From NCBI GenBank assembly GCA_964106645.2, contig OZ067043.1: DNA of 64,000 nt. The stretch is one strand, 5' to 3'. The notes beneath the pieces were generated by a model, which searched no databases, was not told where the DNA came from, and saw only the letters and a list, made by a program, of their open reading frames with translations. The first letter of the stretch is position 1. Each line of letters opens with the position of its first letter. Source of the DNA: Podarcis pityusensis. Taxonomy: Eukaryota. Positions 43,327 to 55,710 of the stretch are shown one piece after another. The position numbers and the translations under genes were made by a program.

Positions 43327-44678
43327 TTGAAGCAGAACTGTTCTGATTAAGACTAAGGGATTATATGCTATAGCCCTGACTAGCTGGCTAATAAAACAAA
43401 ACCCAGCTGTTATGGAAAGCAAGGGCAAATGTTGCTCCTCTGCAAATGACACATGTAAAAAAACAAAACAAAAACTGCGCGCACACACACACGAAATTCT
43501 CAGTAGGACAGGCAGCCTGCTCTAGAATATTGAATTTGAGTGACCCAAACAGGTTTAAATTCCTGCTCAACCATGAATTCATTGAGCACTTTGGAAAAGT
43601 CAACATTTATTAGCTTCAGTTTTGTATCCAATAAATGGAAATAAAATAGTGAAAAAAATGTAAAGCACTTTAGCACATTAACGATGCTACTGGAACAATA
43701 CATGTCTCTATAAACAAAACAAAGAATATTTCCCATTATTCCGTAACACTATTCCAGCATTCTGTCACATCCAGGAGTGACCAAGTAATTGAACCTTATA
43801 GGGAACTATACAAATAGGAACAGGCTTAATTCTCACTGGCTGGAGCTGGTGTAGCCCAAACACCAATGAGGTGCCCAAGTGCCTCTCTTTACCATCACCC
43901 ATTAGTGAATAGCTGACATCCTCTTCTGTGGAGAAAAGTAAAGTTCTGCCCTTTGGGACAATGTTGGACTGGGGGCTAAACCTGCCCTCCAGTCATGACC
44001 CTGGGTGGTCAGTCCCTTGCTGATAGGGACCCTACATACACATGTGCCCTTGAAAGGCATACAACAGACAGAAGCTCTCTTTTAGCAAACACCACATACG
44101 TAAACATAATAATATTGCATATTCTGCTGGTTAACAATAATGGGCAAGGCTTGAGATCCTCTCTGGAAATAATCCATTCTGCTCCTAGCTATGTAACCTC
44201 ACATCTGACAATAATAATCCACATTTCAGTTCAGTGACATTGGCCTGGAACAATTAAGAAGGTTTACTAACAACTGTCAGAATAACTACTCCTTGGAGCA
44301 GCCTGATGCCTCCCTGATTGCCGAGGATGGAAGACGGCGACATGCCAGATGGCATTGCCACCATTATCATAATGCCTGGAACCCTGAGACATAATAAATC
44401 ACACAATCTCTGTGCAGGGAAAGCAAGCAGAGCTAAAGAGATCTGATAGATTCTAGCTTTTATGTGACAGTGCTCCACATTGGTTCTCCCCTGGTCTAGG
44501 TATTCTCATAGAATGACGACCCAAAATCAGTCTGGCTCTGTCGCCCTGCAATCACCAGTGAGTCACCCACACAGTCATAAGACAAGCATCAAGCAATGGG
44601 AAAAGCAGGAAAATTCCTATCACCTTGTAAGCTGGAGGACAGCACTTTCATAAAGCATGCCAATCATGGCTTCACATA

Positions 44679-44717
<39 letters not shown>

Positions 44718-47700
44718 CCTACCTACCTACCTTGCAAAGCAGCAGTGCCACATTTTCAGCCAACAAGGATAACAACAACAACAACAAGCAGCCCATTTGG
44801 ACAATACCAGATGGATGAATTCAATTCAGCTAATGCTTGATATTATTTATCCAACTAAGAGAAATATAAGAAGACTCGGTATTATACCAGGCAACTACTA
44901 TGCTTTTCTGCATATAAATCATAGTGTCTATTTGCATTTGATTGAGGAGTTTGCAGAATCCATTCTGACTATATCATCCTGTGTGTGCGTGTGCTTGCCC
45001 ACAGGCACACTGGGTGTTCCCTTCAATCCTACAGGCATCTCCTTCCTGCTCCTGTGGTGGCAGCGAGAGAAACTGGATAGCCATAATGATAACAGTCTGG
45101 CTTTCAAGCCAGGAAATGTGGAATTATGGCTGCAACTCCATCCTCCCGCTCCTTGTGCTTGCCCTTGGTCATATGTGCTCCGTGTGTGTACGCATACACT
45201 GCTCTCTCCCCCCTCCACCTTCCAAAAGCTCCGAAGCTGCCATCTGTTCTGGGACACATTCCAACTATGACCACCTGCTGGTGAGCACTTGCACTGCGTC
45301 TGCCTGGATCAGCACCATCATTCCTGCCTGTGCCTCTCTGGCACGCTGCCTTGCATTCCACATCTCCCCGCACTCCTGGACGCAGAAGGGCAAAGCTAAC
45401 CAAATGGGGGACCCCACAGTGAATCCAGCCTTTTGGGGCACACGGTGCCTGAAAAGAGGTCCCTAGCTCCAACAAGACACAAGGAAGCTATTCTGTTGCT
45501 TTGCACATGTGTTACAATCTGAAGAGCTCTGTGACTTCATCGAGCCTCCTTCCCACCCCTCCCAGAGTCCAGGCCAGAGAATCAGCTCTACTTTTTGTAG
45601 CCAGAATGTTCATTTACTTTGGCTACATCAGTCTTATGTCATGGTATATAGTGTGTACCTTGCAGGGGTGCCAACTTGAATAAAATATTGGGGGGGGGGG
45701 AGAGGCAGGTAAGCCCCACCCTGCATAATCGATCACAAGATGTGGCACGCACACACCATTTGAATGGCAATGCCCATCAACTTGGGGGGGATCCCTCAAA
45801 TATTTTATTGGGAGGGCAAAGGAGTTGGCTCCTATGGTACTTTGGCTACTGGTATCTTGAAGCAAAGGTATAACAATTGGAAAAACTGCCTTTTTATTTG
45901 GTTAGCATGTCTTAGGAGCACTGAATGGCACTCGCCTTTTTGCCACATTTATCTATGGAATTTGCAGATCTCTTTAGCTTTGTGATCCCAATTAAGATTC
46001 GTCATTTACCAAATTCTTTGCCCATGTGGCAAATTTTGTGTCCATTCTGCAGAATTCCTACTGAGTGCACTTCGCAATATTACAATTCTCTACTTTTCAA
46101 AAAGGCTGTTACAGGAAGGTTGCATTGTGTGTGCAGCTGTCCAACCTGTCTTAGTGCATCTCTTAATATCAGATCTAGACACCCATAAAATGGAACTCTC
46201 CTCCTTAGGAACATAAGATGTTGCTTTACATGAATTCAGAACACTGGTCCATCTAACTCAATTCTGTCAAAGTTGATTGACAGTGGCTCTCCAGGGTTTC
46301 AGACAGGAGTCCCTTGCAGCCCTACCTGGAGATGACAGGGACTGAATCTGGAACTGTCTGCATGCAAAGCATGTGCTTTCTTACACAAATATTTATTATG
46401 TGTTGAAAGCTAGATAAAGTTCCAAATGTTTTATTGCCATTGTATGAGCTGTCATCTGCAGCGTGAAGAACAGTCCAGACATACATATTTACCCCCTTGT
46501 ATACTGTTTGAGAGAATTCATTTTCTCATTTACATATGCATTTGGGAAATACACTGAGTAGTTGGGGAACATGCCTGGCTCAAACCTACCTGCCGGCTTT
46601 GGCTGTTGGGGGCACTTGTAGGACACTCAGGGTCAAAGGGGTCAAGACAAGGCCGCTCCATATAGGCCTGGCCAACCTCTGCCTTATCCAGCATCTCCTT
46701 GAATCCTTCCAGCGAGGCAAACTGACCCAACTCCTCCATCAGTTGAATGGGGTCTAAGTTAGTCCACTGGATATCGCGCCGGCCCCTACAGAGATAAAAT
46801 ATGGGTTAACAGGGAAAGAAAAGTATCCAGATAGCATCACTTATTCCTATTACAGATTATATTAAATGGATGATTTTAAGAGGAGGCTTGTAAATTCATA
46901 TATGTATAAGTAGGCAGGTAACTACATTTTTTGGTAGGCTAGTAATTTGTGTGAATATTTGCAAGGCTAAACCTGACCATATGTCTGGGCTGTAGCAGAC
47001 TTATGCAGCAATGCATACTTGAGCAGCTTTTATTTTCCTTTGGAGCAATAAAGAGGCTAGAGAAGGAACATGGACTTGTCCCCCAAGAAGGAAGATCTCT
47101 GAACACACACACACCACATACTAGGTCTGGCCATAATTTAAGTCCAGTTCCCTTGTCCTGTGTACTACTGCTTCTCCCTTGCATGCAGAGCCCTGGCTCT
47201 CCCAGCACTGCCTCTATCAAGATGTTAGCACGCTGGCGTTAATTGCCCTGACTGGCTGCACAAGACTCATTTAGGGGGTGGGAGGGGTCTGCTCAGTGCT
47301 GATATAGGGCTTCATTCCTTTTGTTCCCGTGCATAACAGGATCAGGCATGCTGCTTTCATTTGGCATCTGGTTTAGAGTGCCAGCTCCAGAGGATCTGGA
47401 CAGTGCCTCCTCTGGGAGCACCAGAGCAGTGTGTGTGTGCTGTAGGCTGGGGTCATGTGCATGTAGGGGCATCAGGGTGTATTCCAGAAGCAAAAGAGAA
47501 TCTTTCAACAAAAGCTGGAAAGGGAAGAGGGGTATTTTCCATGCACAACACTTGGCCTGATGCATTTGTGCACAGGGATGTACACAGCAGTATAATTTGT
47601 TATGTGCATATTTTATTCTTTCTGTTTATATAGATGCCTAGATAATATACACATATTGAAAAGGCTTCTTGATGGGGAAAAAGGCATTTTGCTTCTGCCC

Positions 47701-50700
47701 AAACAAAAAGTGTAACCCTTGTAACATGCAACTTATTTAATGAGCAAGTGTGGAAGGATCTATCCCAGGAAGGCTTCATCTCCAACCATTGCAATGACAG
47801 ATTTGTTGTACTATAGAGGAAAGGTCACACCCCCTGAAAATGTAGTACTAGACCTAGAGTTTCCCTACCCACCAAAGAAAGGGCAAATTGTGCCTAGTTC
47901 TGCCCAACATTATCCCGAGACAGTAAATTTCACAAGAATCTTGTGAAAACTCCATTATTTGGTCACTTTCTAGTTTCACTGAAAATGTTCCTTGGCTTCA
48001 TACTGTGAGAAAGGGTCAGTGACCCACCAAAATGACTATCTGGGGCTAGGAGAGTAGAACCACTAAGACAAGATATTCAGAGAACTAAGCCCAAGCAACT
48101 TGCACGACTGCTTCTGGCAACATATAAAGTACTGGCAAAGGTCAGAGAAGAGGCAATAAGAATGGTTCCAAAGGCCACAATGAGCCATAGAGGTTAGTTT
48201 TATCTGTATAAAGTACAAGGGAGTTGCTTAGGAATTAATTCCAGCTCTAGACAGATAGGAATACAGTTTAGCAGAAAGGGGAATCGTCTTTAAGGGATCT
48301 CTGATTATAGTAAACTCTCCAAATGGGCAACTTTTCGAGGGGCAAATCCTCTGCTTGGTCTGACAAGAGATTAACTGATAAAAGATATTTCCCTAGACCA
48401 GTACCTGTTGGAAAGGGTGGAGGTTTTGAAACTTCAGAGAGTAGAATTTGACAGTGAACTCAATTAGCCAGTATATTGTAATTGATCCAGGCTTTGTGTC
48501 ACATTCTCCGAGATCAAGGTTATAGCTACAATCCAAACAAATCCTGGCATCTTGTTTCAGGTCTGATTATATCCAGCAACTCTCCTCCACTGCCATTCAT
48601 GCAGCATCTTCCTAACACGACAGAAGCAAATTTCTAACAAGAGGCCTATTTCCAAAAAGCAGGGCAAGTGAGAGCTGTGGCCCAGGGAGATTCATGAGGA
48701 CCATATATAGAGGCCTGGAGGGCTGAATCAGGTCCCTGGGCCTGAGGCTCCCCATCTCTGCTTTAAATGCTGTAAACAACAACAACCCTGAGACTGGAGC
48801 TACAGTTCCACTGACGCCACTCACTCTTCCACTGGTGTTCTCATGCATTCTTGTCTTCAACTTCCTGTCACGGAGTGGTTGCATCATTGAGGCCACAGAA
48901 GCAAGGGAAAGTGGCAAGGCGACTGCAGTCTCCCTCACTGCCTTGATACAATCTTAGCAACTTCTTCCCAGTGGATTGGAGGTAGAGACAATCCTGCTCA
49001 CATAGCCCCGGAGTAATTAGCCCCTAAGTTTCTGGGTCTATAAGAGCTCTGCAGCAAGGAAATTTGCCAGGTATGATTTTCCATGTTCATTTCCCCATTC
49101 TAATGGGAGAATTTGTTCTTGTTCCTGTTGTGCAGCCATTAAAATCGGAGGAGCTTGTCCATGCAGGATCAGGGCCTGAAGATCTACATGCTCTACTCTC
49201 AGAGCCTATCAAATTACTGAAAGCCTTGATAGGCAAAGCTTGTCTCCCAGACTCTTTCTAGAGAGCTGGCTGCTAGGGATTTTTTCTGTCTCTCCACACA
49301 AGTTTGTAGCCAAACAAACCAAAATAAGTTGAAGAAGGGGGGGGGAAGTGGTTGGATATGAAGAAGGGAGTTGCAGCATTTTGTCCTTTTAGCTGGAATC
49401 ACAAAGCAAAGTCTATTTTGCTTGCTATTTTCTTTTTTAAAAAACAGAAGGAAAAAGCAAAAGATGTGGAAAGCAAGAAAGCAGGGGCAGGGAAAGTCTT
49501 GTCATGCTCGGAGCAGAATCACTCTCCAATCATTCATGAACCCCCAGGTCCCAAGAAGGTTCCTCCTTGCCTGATTCCCACATTCCAAACAGCCCAGCTC
49601 CTGCTCCCAAAGAGAGCTTCTTTTATCTGCTGTTTCTTGCTTCACTGAGCCAAGTCGGGCCCTTTTGTTTTTCCATAGATTGCTGCCCTTTGTTCTCCCA
49701 AGTTTTCTCTCCCTTTGCGTTAAAAGGAGGGGGGGGGAGAGAGAGACCCTCAGCTGAACTGAAGCGGAAGCTGGACCTGAGGAAAAGACTCCCCCATTCC
49801 ACCTACTGACAAGAAAACTTTGGGACGTGTGTGTGTGAAATTTCTGAGCGGTGGAGGAGGGGGGATACGAGAGTCATTATAAATAAACAAGGAACCCAAG
49901 AGACTGGATACAGAAAGTAAGGGAGCAAGGACATGACGTTTAATGAAAGAATCTAGGAAGAGCAAGAAAATCCCCAGGCTTCCTTGCCAACTGCCCTGGT
50001 TTGCACATGAGTCTGAGCTGTTAGGCAAAGTGTGTTCTTAAAACCCCATATTTCATCTACTTTAAAAAAGGGAAAGAAAAGGGAAGCTTGAAAGCACCCC
50101 AAAGTCTCAAATTCTGTAACCTTTAGCTCTCCTTTGGGGGGGGGGTGCTTAAGAGTAACTCTCCATTTTGTTCAGTGAATCACCCTGCAAATAGCACCCA
50201 ACATTTGTATGAGATAAACTCAGTGAGATGAAACAGACCCTGTTCCCTTAAAAAAACAAAACCCCACACCTTGCATTTGTGCTGCTCCCGAGTTCAACGG
50301 AAAACACTTCACCCTACCCCAACCCTTATTCTTGGCAGTTTGATATTAAAATCCCTCCCTCTTTTAATTTTTCTGAAATCTGTTTTCTCCTCCCTCCCTC
50401 CCTGTCCCCTTTCTCTCAGCAGCAGGCTGAATAAAGCTACTATTCCATTTGTTGGGCAACTTGGAGCTTTCAAAGTATCATTAGCATGAGAATACGTGGT
50501 GTTGCCGTTTGCTGACAAAGCATAAGTCTCCAGGGCCCCTTATGGACAAACACACTTGTAAACAGAAAGAATGCTGGCTATTGTTCCTGGCCCTCCCTCC
50601 CCCAGTGCCTCCAGTGGGGCTGGTCCCCACATCTTTACCCTCTCTCCCCCTCCATCCCCCATTTTGTACACCTTAATAGAAACATAATTACGAGGCAGCA

Positions 50701-53612
50701 GGAGCAACAAAACAAAGCAATTGGCCCCAAAGTAGAAACTTAGGGGAGGGGGTAGGAGACTAGAGAAAGCGTTTTCCCTCTGGTTAGGAAGTGGGACAGG
50801 GAGAAACTGCTGGGGCTGTGGACCTATTCCCAGATTCTGTGGGGGCAGGCTGGAGGATGTGAGACTATCCTACCACCCACTAACTGTTACCACCCCCCTC
50901 CCTAATGTGGCATTGCAGAACAAGGTGGAGGGGGGGTGTAAGCAAAATCCCCTTGGCCATGCCGTGGTGGAATAGGTAAGAGGAGAAAAGCTGTAGTATT
51001 ATGGTGGTAACTGGCAAATTATGGTATTCTACAGCAGATGGACATTACTCTCCTTCCTGTGCCACAGGTGCCACTTTAATAGTATATGTGCCACTGAAAA
51101 TGAGAACTATGTTTCCGTTTCCCCAAACAAGCACGCTGAAAACATACTGAAAGGTAGGGAAGTAACCTTGGAAGCACCAGATACAGGAAGGAAGCTTGTC
51201 CACAGGTGCCAAGCAAGCCAAGCAAGAAACCCAATTATTAGGCAAAGATCCTATCGCTTATTAGTACAGGAAAATTATGAAGCCACAATGTGTTTTTGCA
51301 ACCCCTCCTCCTCCATCATCAGCAGCTATGCTTTCTAACAATGCCTGCCATGGGCAATCCAGCCTGCAGACCTTAAAAGCAAACAGTTAACTCCAGCTCC
51401 GACTTAGTGGTAAAAGAGCATTATTGACAAAACACAAAAAGATGCCACCATCTTTTTGGGCAGGCTCATGTACATTCCTTGTCATGACTGGTTCTTCCTC
51501 TACTCCTTATTCTTGACCAGTGACTGCAGGCAAACATTCCTGCTACATTCAGATGTCTTTCTCCTTGTTGGGACCTTGCTTAGCTGCAAATAAGAACTGG
51601 GACACTGTACGAGAGGTTAAGAGCTTGAGGTGTGACGTCTGAGCTGGAAATCCCCAATTCAAATCTCAGCTCATCCACCAACACTGGGATGCAAGAGCCT
51701 TTAGTAATGCCTTCTTTAATACTGAAAGAATAGGACTATCCTACCTTAAAAGTTTGTTATATTTATTATTGTGTTTAGTGAGGGAAGTGGAAGTGCTTTG
51801 GGCACTTTAAGAAAATGCTAAATGATCATGCTTCACATCCTGTGAAAGAGCTTGAAAGCACTCTCAAATAGCTGAGGGGGGCTCAGATAGAAGACAGTGT
51901 GTGAGAGTGTGTATGTGTAAAGACAAGCATACTTCCTAAAGCCCAGATAAGTCTGTGGAATAGGGAACAGAGGAGAAATAGCTAAAAGCATGTCAGGTCT
52001 CAATCCCTGTGCTGGATACATGCTTAACCTACAGACAGCCTTCTACACAGACTTGGCCTCACAGGCCAATCAGAGCAGGGCAGAAAAGTACACCTGAAAA
52101 ACAGGTACTCACGGGAGGTAAGCGGAACCCCCTTGCAGCTTGGCACCATCCCAAAAGCAGTCCAGTGGGGTCACGATAACACAAGGAAAGAGCTTCTCGA
52201 TCATCTGGGAATGACAAGAGCCACAGTCACAGAGGAAAACCACAAGTTCATCTTTCCAGTTCTCTTCTGCTCTCTTTGTCCCTTACCTTCCTTGACCTGC
52301 CCAAATGCTCACATAATTTTATTGCAGGTGGGACTACCCTCTCTACAACCAGTGTCCTACTGCAACTTAACTAACCTTGTCTCCCCATTCTCTCCCTTGC
52401 AGCCTTTTGGAACAGTGAATGGCTTTGGGAACCAAAGAGTACCATCCCAAATACAAGCCCTCAATCCGAACAGATCCCAGATATGAGAACCTGGAAGACT
52501 TGTCCTAGCCAAACGGGCTACAGTGGGCCACGGGAAGTCCTCACTCTGAGGATACCTGTCTAAGGGGACAGCAGTCTCTTGCAACTGAGGCATGCAGGAT
52601 GTAAAACCCTTATCACCAGAGGTCAGGCACTGCTGAAAGCAGTTGAGGATAAAATAGACTTTCCTCTTTCTACTCCCCCAGCATATGGCTGGAAGGGAAA
52701 TAAAGCCTCATAGTTAGCTCTTATCTCAGATACACAGGAGTGATTGTAACCAGGGTTAGGGGTCTAGCAAAAAGAAGCATGTCCAGTCTATGCAGAAATG
52801 TCCAAGTCTCTGAACCCAGAAGGGTGCTTTGGGAAGCTGCTCCTTTGTAACACCATCCTTTTTTAAAGATTCCACCCTATCCCCATAGCAACCTGGATAT
52901 CCTCTCTAAGACCCACCCCATTCTCTAGCCAACCAGCTAGACCCCAGGGAATTATTTATGCCATCTAACAAAGAGATTTTCCCCAGCTGATCTACCTAAT
53001 TTCTATGGGTTTTAGTGCAACCCCTGTCCCTGCAGATGCATGCATTCCCTTGGCAACTCACCCGTGCAATCATTCCATTCTCAATTATGGGGACACCTGA
53101 CTTGTAGCATATTTTGTTGAGATCCCAAGACCTGAAAGAAGAAGCAGAGGCAATGAATGTAAAAAAAAAAGTCAGAAGAATTGATGGAAAGAGGAATGTT
53201 AACTAAATGGAAGCTGCAGAGGCAATGTACCTCTGAGTAACAGGTGCTGGGCACAAACATTGGGGAAGGCCATAACCTTCATGCTCTGCTTGTGAGCACC
53301 CAGAGACACCTGAAGATTGATAGAAACTGAATGCTGGACTAGATAGATCCTCATCTAATCCATCATAAAAAGTGTATGTTCTTCTTATGAGAGTAACATA
53401 GATTTTCCATTTTGAAACTCACTTTCCGTAAAGTAAGACTTGCACTTTGCTTGCAGCCAGAGCAGCTTCAAGATGCATTCCCAAGGCCTCTGGGGTCAGG
53501 ATGTTTTCACCTTCCCGTTTGGGAGTTTGTATCAGCATCTGGGGTGTGTACAGAGACTCTTCTCCTAGCTTTTCCTTTGTGTACCGGAGCTCCTGGCTGA
53601 CACGGCTGCCCT
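30410..53612 (-). CDS. PTCH2: Protein patched homolog 2, exons 3-23 (exons 1-2 lie beyond the right edge)
   Basis: complement join(53423..53612,53062..53131,52113..52204,46590..46785,43003..43124,41421..41568,40759..40890,40474..40629,39679..39771,39437..39562,39056..39174,38090..38492,36923..37235,35950..36092,35413..35593,34890..35173,33607..33744,32839..32981,31970..32069,31437..31685,30410..30823) = 3812 nt, GT-AG introns, consistent phases. Sterol-sensing domain with GIGVDD (TM4) and GIGVEF (TM10). PTCH2-type peptides ([43 protein letters not shown]) and adjacency to HECTD3/UROD favour PTCH2 over PTCH1. Confidence 0.95.
31437..31685 (-). CDS. PTCH2: PTCH2 exon 22 (PTCH1-like C-tail exon)
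   Basis: 249 nt, phase 0/0: [19 protein letters not shown]...[12 protein letters not shown]...[16 protein letters not shown]; TTTTTTCATCTAG acceptor, GTAAGT donor. Confidence 0.88.
31970..32069 (-). CDS. PTCH2: PTCH2 exon 21
   Basis: [33 protein letters not shown]. Confidence 0.96.
32839..32981 (-). CDS. PTCH2: PTCH2 exon 20
   Basis: [47 protein letters not shown]. Confidence 0.96.
33248..33256 (+). promoter_or_regulatory. GLI consensus site (PTCH2 intron 19)
   Basis: Exact GACCACCCA. Confidence 0.45.
33607..33744 (-). CDS. PTCH2: PTCH2 exon 19
   Basis: [46 protein letters not shown]. Confidence 0.96.
34032..34056. repeat. (TATG)n microsatellite
   Basis: Direct inspection. Confidence 0.85.
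34890..35173 (-). CDS. PTCH2: PTCH2 exon 18
   Basis: [18 protein letters not shown]...[15 protein letters not shown]...[10 protein letters not shown]. Confidence 0.96.
35413..35593 (-). CDS. PTCH2: PTCH2 exon 17
   Basis: [60 protein letters not shown]. Confidence 0.96.
35950..36092 (-). CDS. PTCH2: PTCH2 exon 16
   Basis: [47 protein letters not shown]. Confidence 0.95.
36347..36645 (-). mobile_element. L2-like LINE 3' fragment
   Basis: The reverse complement reads GCCTTCTCTGCAGTGGCTCCCCATCTGTGGAATGCTCTCCCC... and ends in a (TAAA)n tail; same family as 23098-23438. Confidence 0.7.
36923..37235 (-). CDS. PTCH2: PTCH2 exon 15
   Basis: [37 protein letters not shown]...[11 protein letters not shown]. 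Confidence 0.95.
38090..38492 (-). CDS. PTCH2: PTCH2 exon 14 (cytoplasmic loop)
   Basis: [13 protein letters not shown]...TVQAFTQCD...SSTRDLL...[21 protein letters not shown]. Confidence 0.94.
39018..39040. repeat. (CAAA)n microsatellite
   Basis: Direct inspection. Confidence 0.85.
39056..39174 (-). CDS. PTCH2: PTCH2 exon 13
   Basis: [39 protein letters not shown]. Confidence 0.96.
39437..39562 (-). CDS. PTCH2: PTCH2 exon 12
   Basis: [42 protein letters not shown]. Confidence 0.96.
39679..39771 (-). CDS. PTCH2: PTCH2 exon 11
   Basis: [31 protein letters not shown]. Confidence 0.96.
40474..40629 (-). CDS. PTCH2: PTCH2 exon 10
   Basis: [52 protein letters not shown]. Confidence 0.96.
40759..40890 (-). 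CDS. PTCH2: PTCH2 exon 9
   Basis: [44 protein letters not shown]. Confidence 0.95.
41421..41568 (-). CDS. PTCH2: PTCH2 exon 8
   Basis: [49 protein letters not shown]. Confidence 0.95.
43003..43124 (-). CDS. PTCH2: PTCH2 exon 7
   Basis: [40 protein letters not shown]. Confidence 0.95.
43289..43326. repeat. (TAC)n microsatellite
   Basis: About 12 perfect units. Confidence 0.95.
44002..44010 (-). promoter_or_regulatory. GLI consensus site (PTCH2 intron 6)
   Basis: Exact TGGGTGGTC. Confidence 0.45.
44679..44731. repeat. Compound (CTAT)n(CTAC)n microsatellite
   Basis: Direct inspection. Confidence 0.95.
46205..46378 (-). mobile_element. tRNA-derived squamate SINE (Squam3-like)
   Basis: The reverse complement GCACATGCTTTGCATGCAG..CATCTCCAGGTAGGGCTG..TGAAACCCTGGAGAGCCACTG..GATGGACC..TATGTTCCT resembles the recalled Squam3 body and tail. 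Confidence 0.65.
46590..46785 (-). CDS. PTCH2: PTCH2 exon 6
   Basis: [28 protein letters not shown]...[12 protein letters not shown]. Confidence 0.95.
52113..52204 (-). CDS. PTCH2: PTCH2 exon 5
   Basis: [30 protein letters not shown]. Confidence 0.95.
53062..53131 (-). CDS. PTCH2: PTCH2 exon 4
   Basis: [23 protein letters not shown]. Confidence 0.95.
53215..53390 (+). mobile_element. CR1 LINE 3' UTR fragment in PTCH2 intron 3
   Basis: ATGCTGGACTAGAT..TCTAATCCA..ATGTTCTT terminus. Confidence 0.5.
53423..53612 (-). CDS. PTCH2: PTCH2 exon 3
   Basis: [62 protein letters not shown]. Confidence 0.95.
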
Positions 53613-55609
53613 CTGGAGGGAAAGGGAAAGAAACACTGGAGTTAATATACCTCCCACTTACCTCTGTCCTCTTACTTGGCTCTTCGCTTATTCACATGAG
53701 AGACCCTAGAACTGAGAATAGGCCCACAGGGGAACATCATGCAGTCTGGTCTTCCCTTTAACACATGTATTCTTCTTCACATTATCATGGTTAAAAGAAT
53801 ACATTTCCCCAACCCTTGGAAGATTTAACTAGTAGACTGATGACTCCAATCTGTGTTAGTTGTCTAATTAATTAAAACAAATTAAAAGACACAGAGAAGT
53901 GTTGTGCTTGATCACATATAGTATCTTTAAAACATAAAACAAAATGCAGCTGCAGAGGTAGAAGTGAGGAGGGGCTCAAGATGGAGTGATATTGCTTGAT
54001 ATGCTCCCCACCCACAAGCAAAATCCTACTGGAGAGGAGGCAGGTGTTCAGCAACTTGCAAAGAGTGGTTTTACTGGGGGGGCGGGGACACAACTGTTGG
54101 AGGGAAAGGGCTAAGAACTGCCTCCCCCACAGTCTTCCTCTGTAATTGCAGCTTCTGGGACTGTATTTTATTTTTGAAAAAGAAAGGGAAAGGGCAAGTG
54201 GAAGGAGAAACTACATATTGAGAAGCTGCTACCACCACAGAGTGCTATAGTTCATTGTCTGCCAGAGGAAGTTGCCCACCGTATACTGTAACTGACCTGG
54301 TGCTCTAGAAGCCACAATAAGAAGTACAGTATATAAATATGACTAATGTAGTCAGTATATTAAAAACTGAAGGGGAATAACTTTGCCCCTTATGGCTTTG
54401 AGTGGGATGAGTGAACTAATAATGCCAAGGGCAAATTCACTGTGCCCCAAGCTTCCAGTCTGAAGAATGCCCCAATGGTAGCTTTGCTACAAAATAGTGC
54501 AAGTTGTGGAGGAAGTTGCCTGCCTGCCACAGAACCGCTGTATATAGCAAAGGATTCTGGGAAATATTCTACAGCGCATACTCAGTTCAGTCATAGTAAT
54601 GCCCAAGCCTGTTGAGCCTCACATTTACTCTGTACAAAGTGAAAGTACACCCTAGCACACACAAGCTTCTGTGGCTGCACATTGCAGAAGATAGGAAGTT
54701 AAATGGACAAAGGTGACTTTCAGAGACATTTGTTTGCCGTGGTTAAACTTCTCATTGAGGAATATTGCACAAGTGTATTCATAAAATTTTATTTATAAAG
54801 TTAACAACAGATATATCATTTGGAAATTGACATTGAATTTACATTGCTTCAGTATTGCTTCAGTAATTTGTTAAGTAATTTGTGTTATAAATTTAAACCA
54901 TCTTTATGTTCATTGTGCTTTTTTCAAGGGATTATATCTGAGCACTCAAAGCAACCTCACAAAAACAAGTACAATTTCCACACTTCTCCAGGGGGAAATC
55001 CATGGCAGTTAAACCAATTTCATACTTGTTTGAGTCTATAGTGTAGATATTCCCTTAATCATCCTTAAAATAAGCATAGTGAAGTTGTCACTATTTCCAT
55101 TTTGCAGATATAGAGACACAGGCTGAGCGACTGATTACTGAACCCAAAGACAAATTCTGTTTTGACTACAATCTCCCATTTTCAAGCCATTGCAGAAGAC
55201 TCTCAACGTTTGGCTTGAGGTTTATGGGACTAATGACAACATAGCTGTCTCTTAAGGGTCAGAATCCAAGAAACACCAATGCATTCTAACATTTTCTTGA
55301 TTTTCCCAACTCCTTTTCATCTAAACGTGTGTGGACATATCTGTCTTTAACTGGTTTAATACATGTTGCCTCTCTCCAGAAAACACCACAAATTGCAATT
55401 CCCAGGATTACTGTATTTGATGGCGGCAGCAGCAGGGATGGGGAGGAGGAAGGAGCAATGACAGCTAAACTGGGGCAAAACCAAAATAAGTTTGTGACAC
55501 AGGTACGTCTTATGGCAGCAGCTGTGGAGCACAACAAATGGAAGGTTCATAATATGTACTGTAGGGTGCTTGCCATTACAGTAACTCCCAACTATTTGAC
55601 TCTAGTACA

Positions 55610-55710
55610 GCATTCCTCAATATGGTGTCCTCCAGGTGGTTTGGGCTAAAACTCCTATCAACTCCAGCCAGCCTGAGCAATGGTCAAGGATGATGAGAGT
55701 TGTAGTCTAT
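55610..55710. mobile_element. Degenerate hAT-type MITE fragment
   Basis: CCTCCAG..AACTCC..GGATGATGAGAGTTGTAGTC, related to 9675-9802. Confidence 0.5.
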
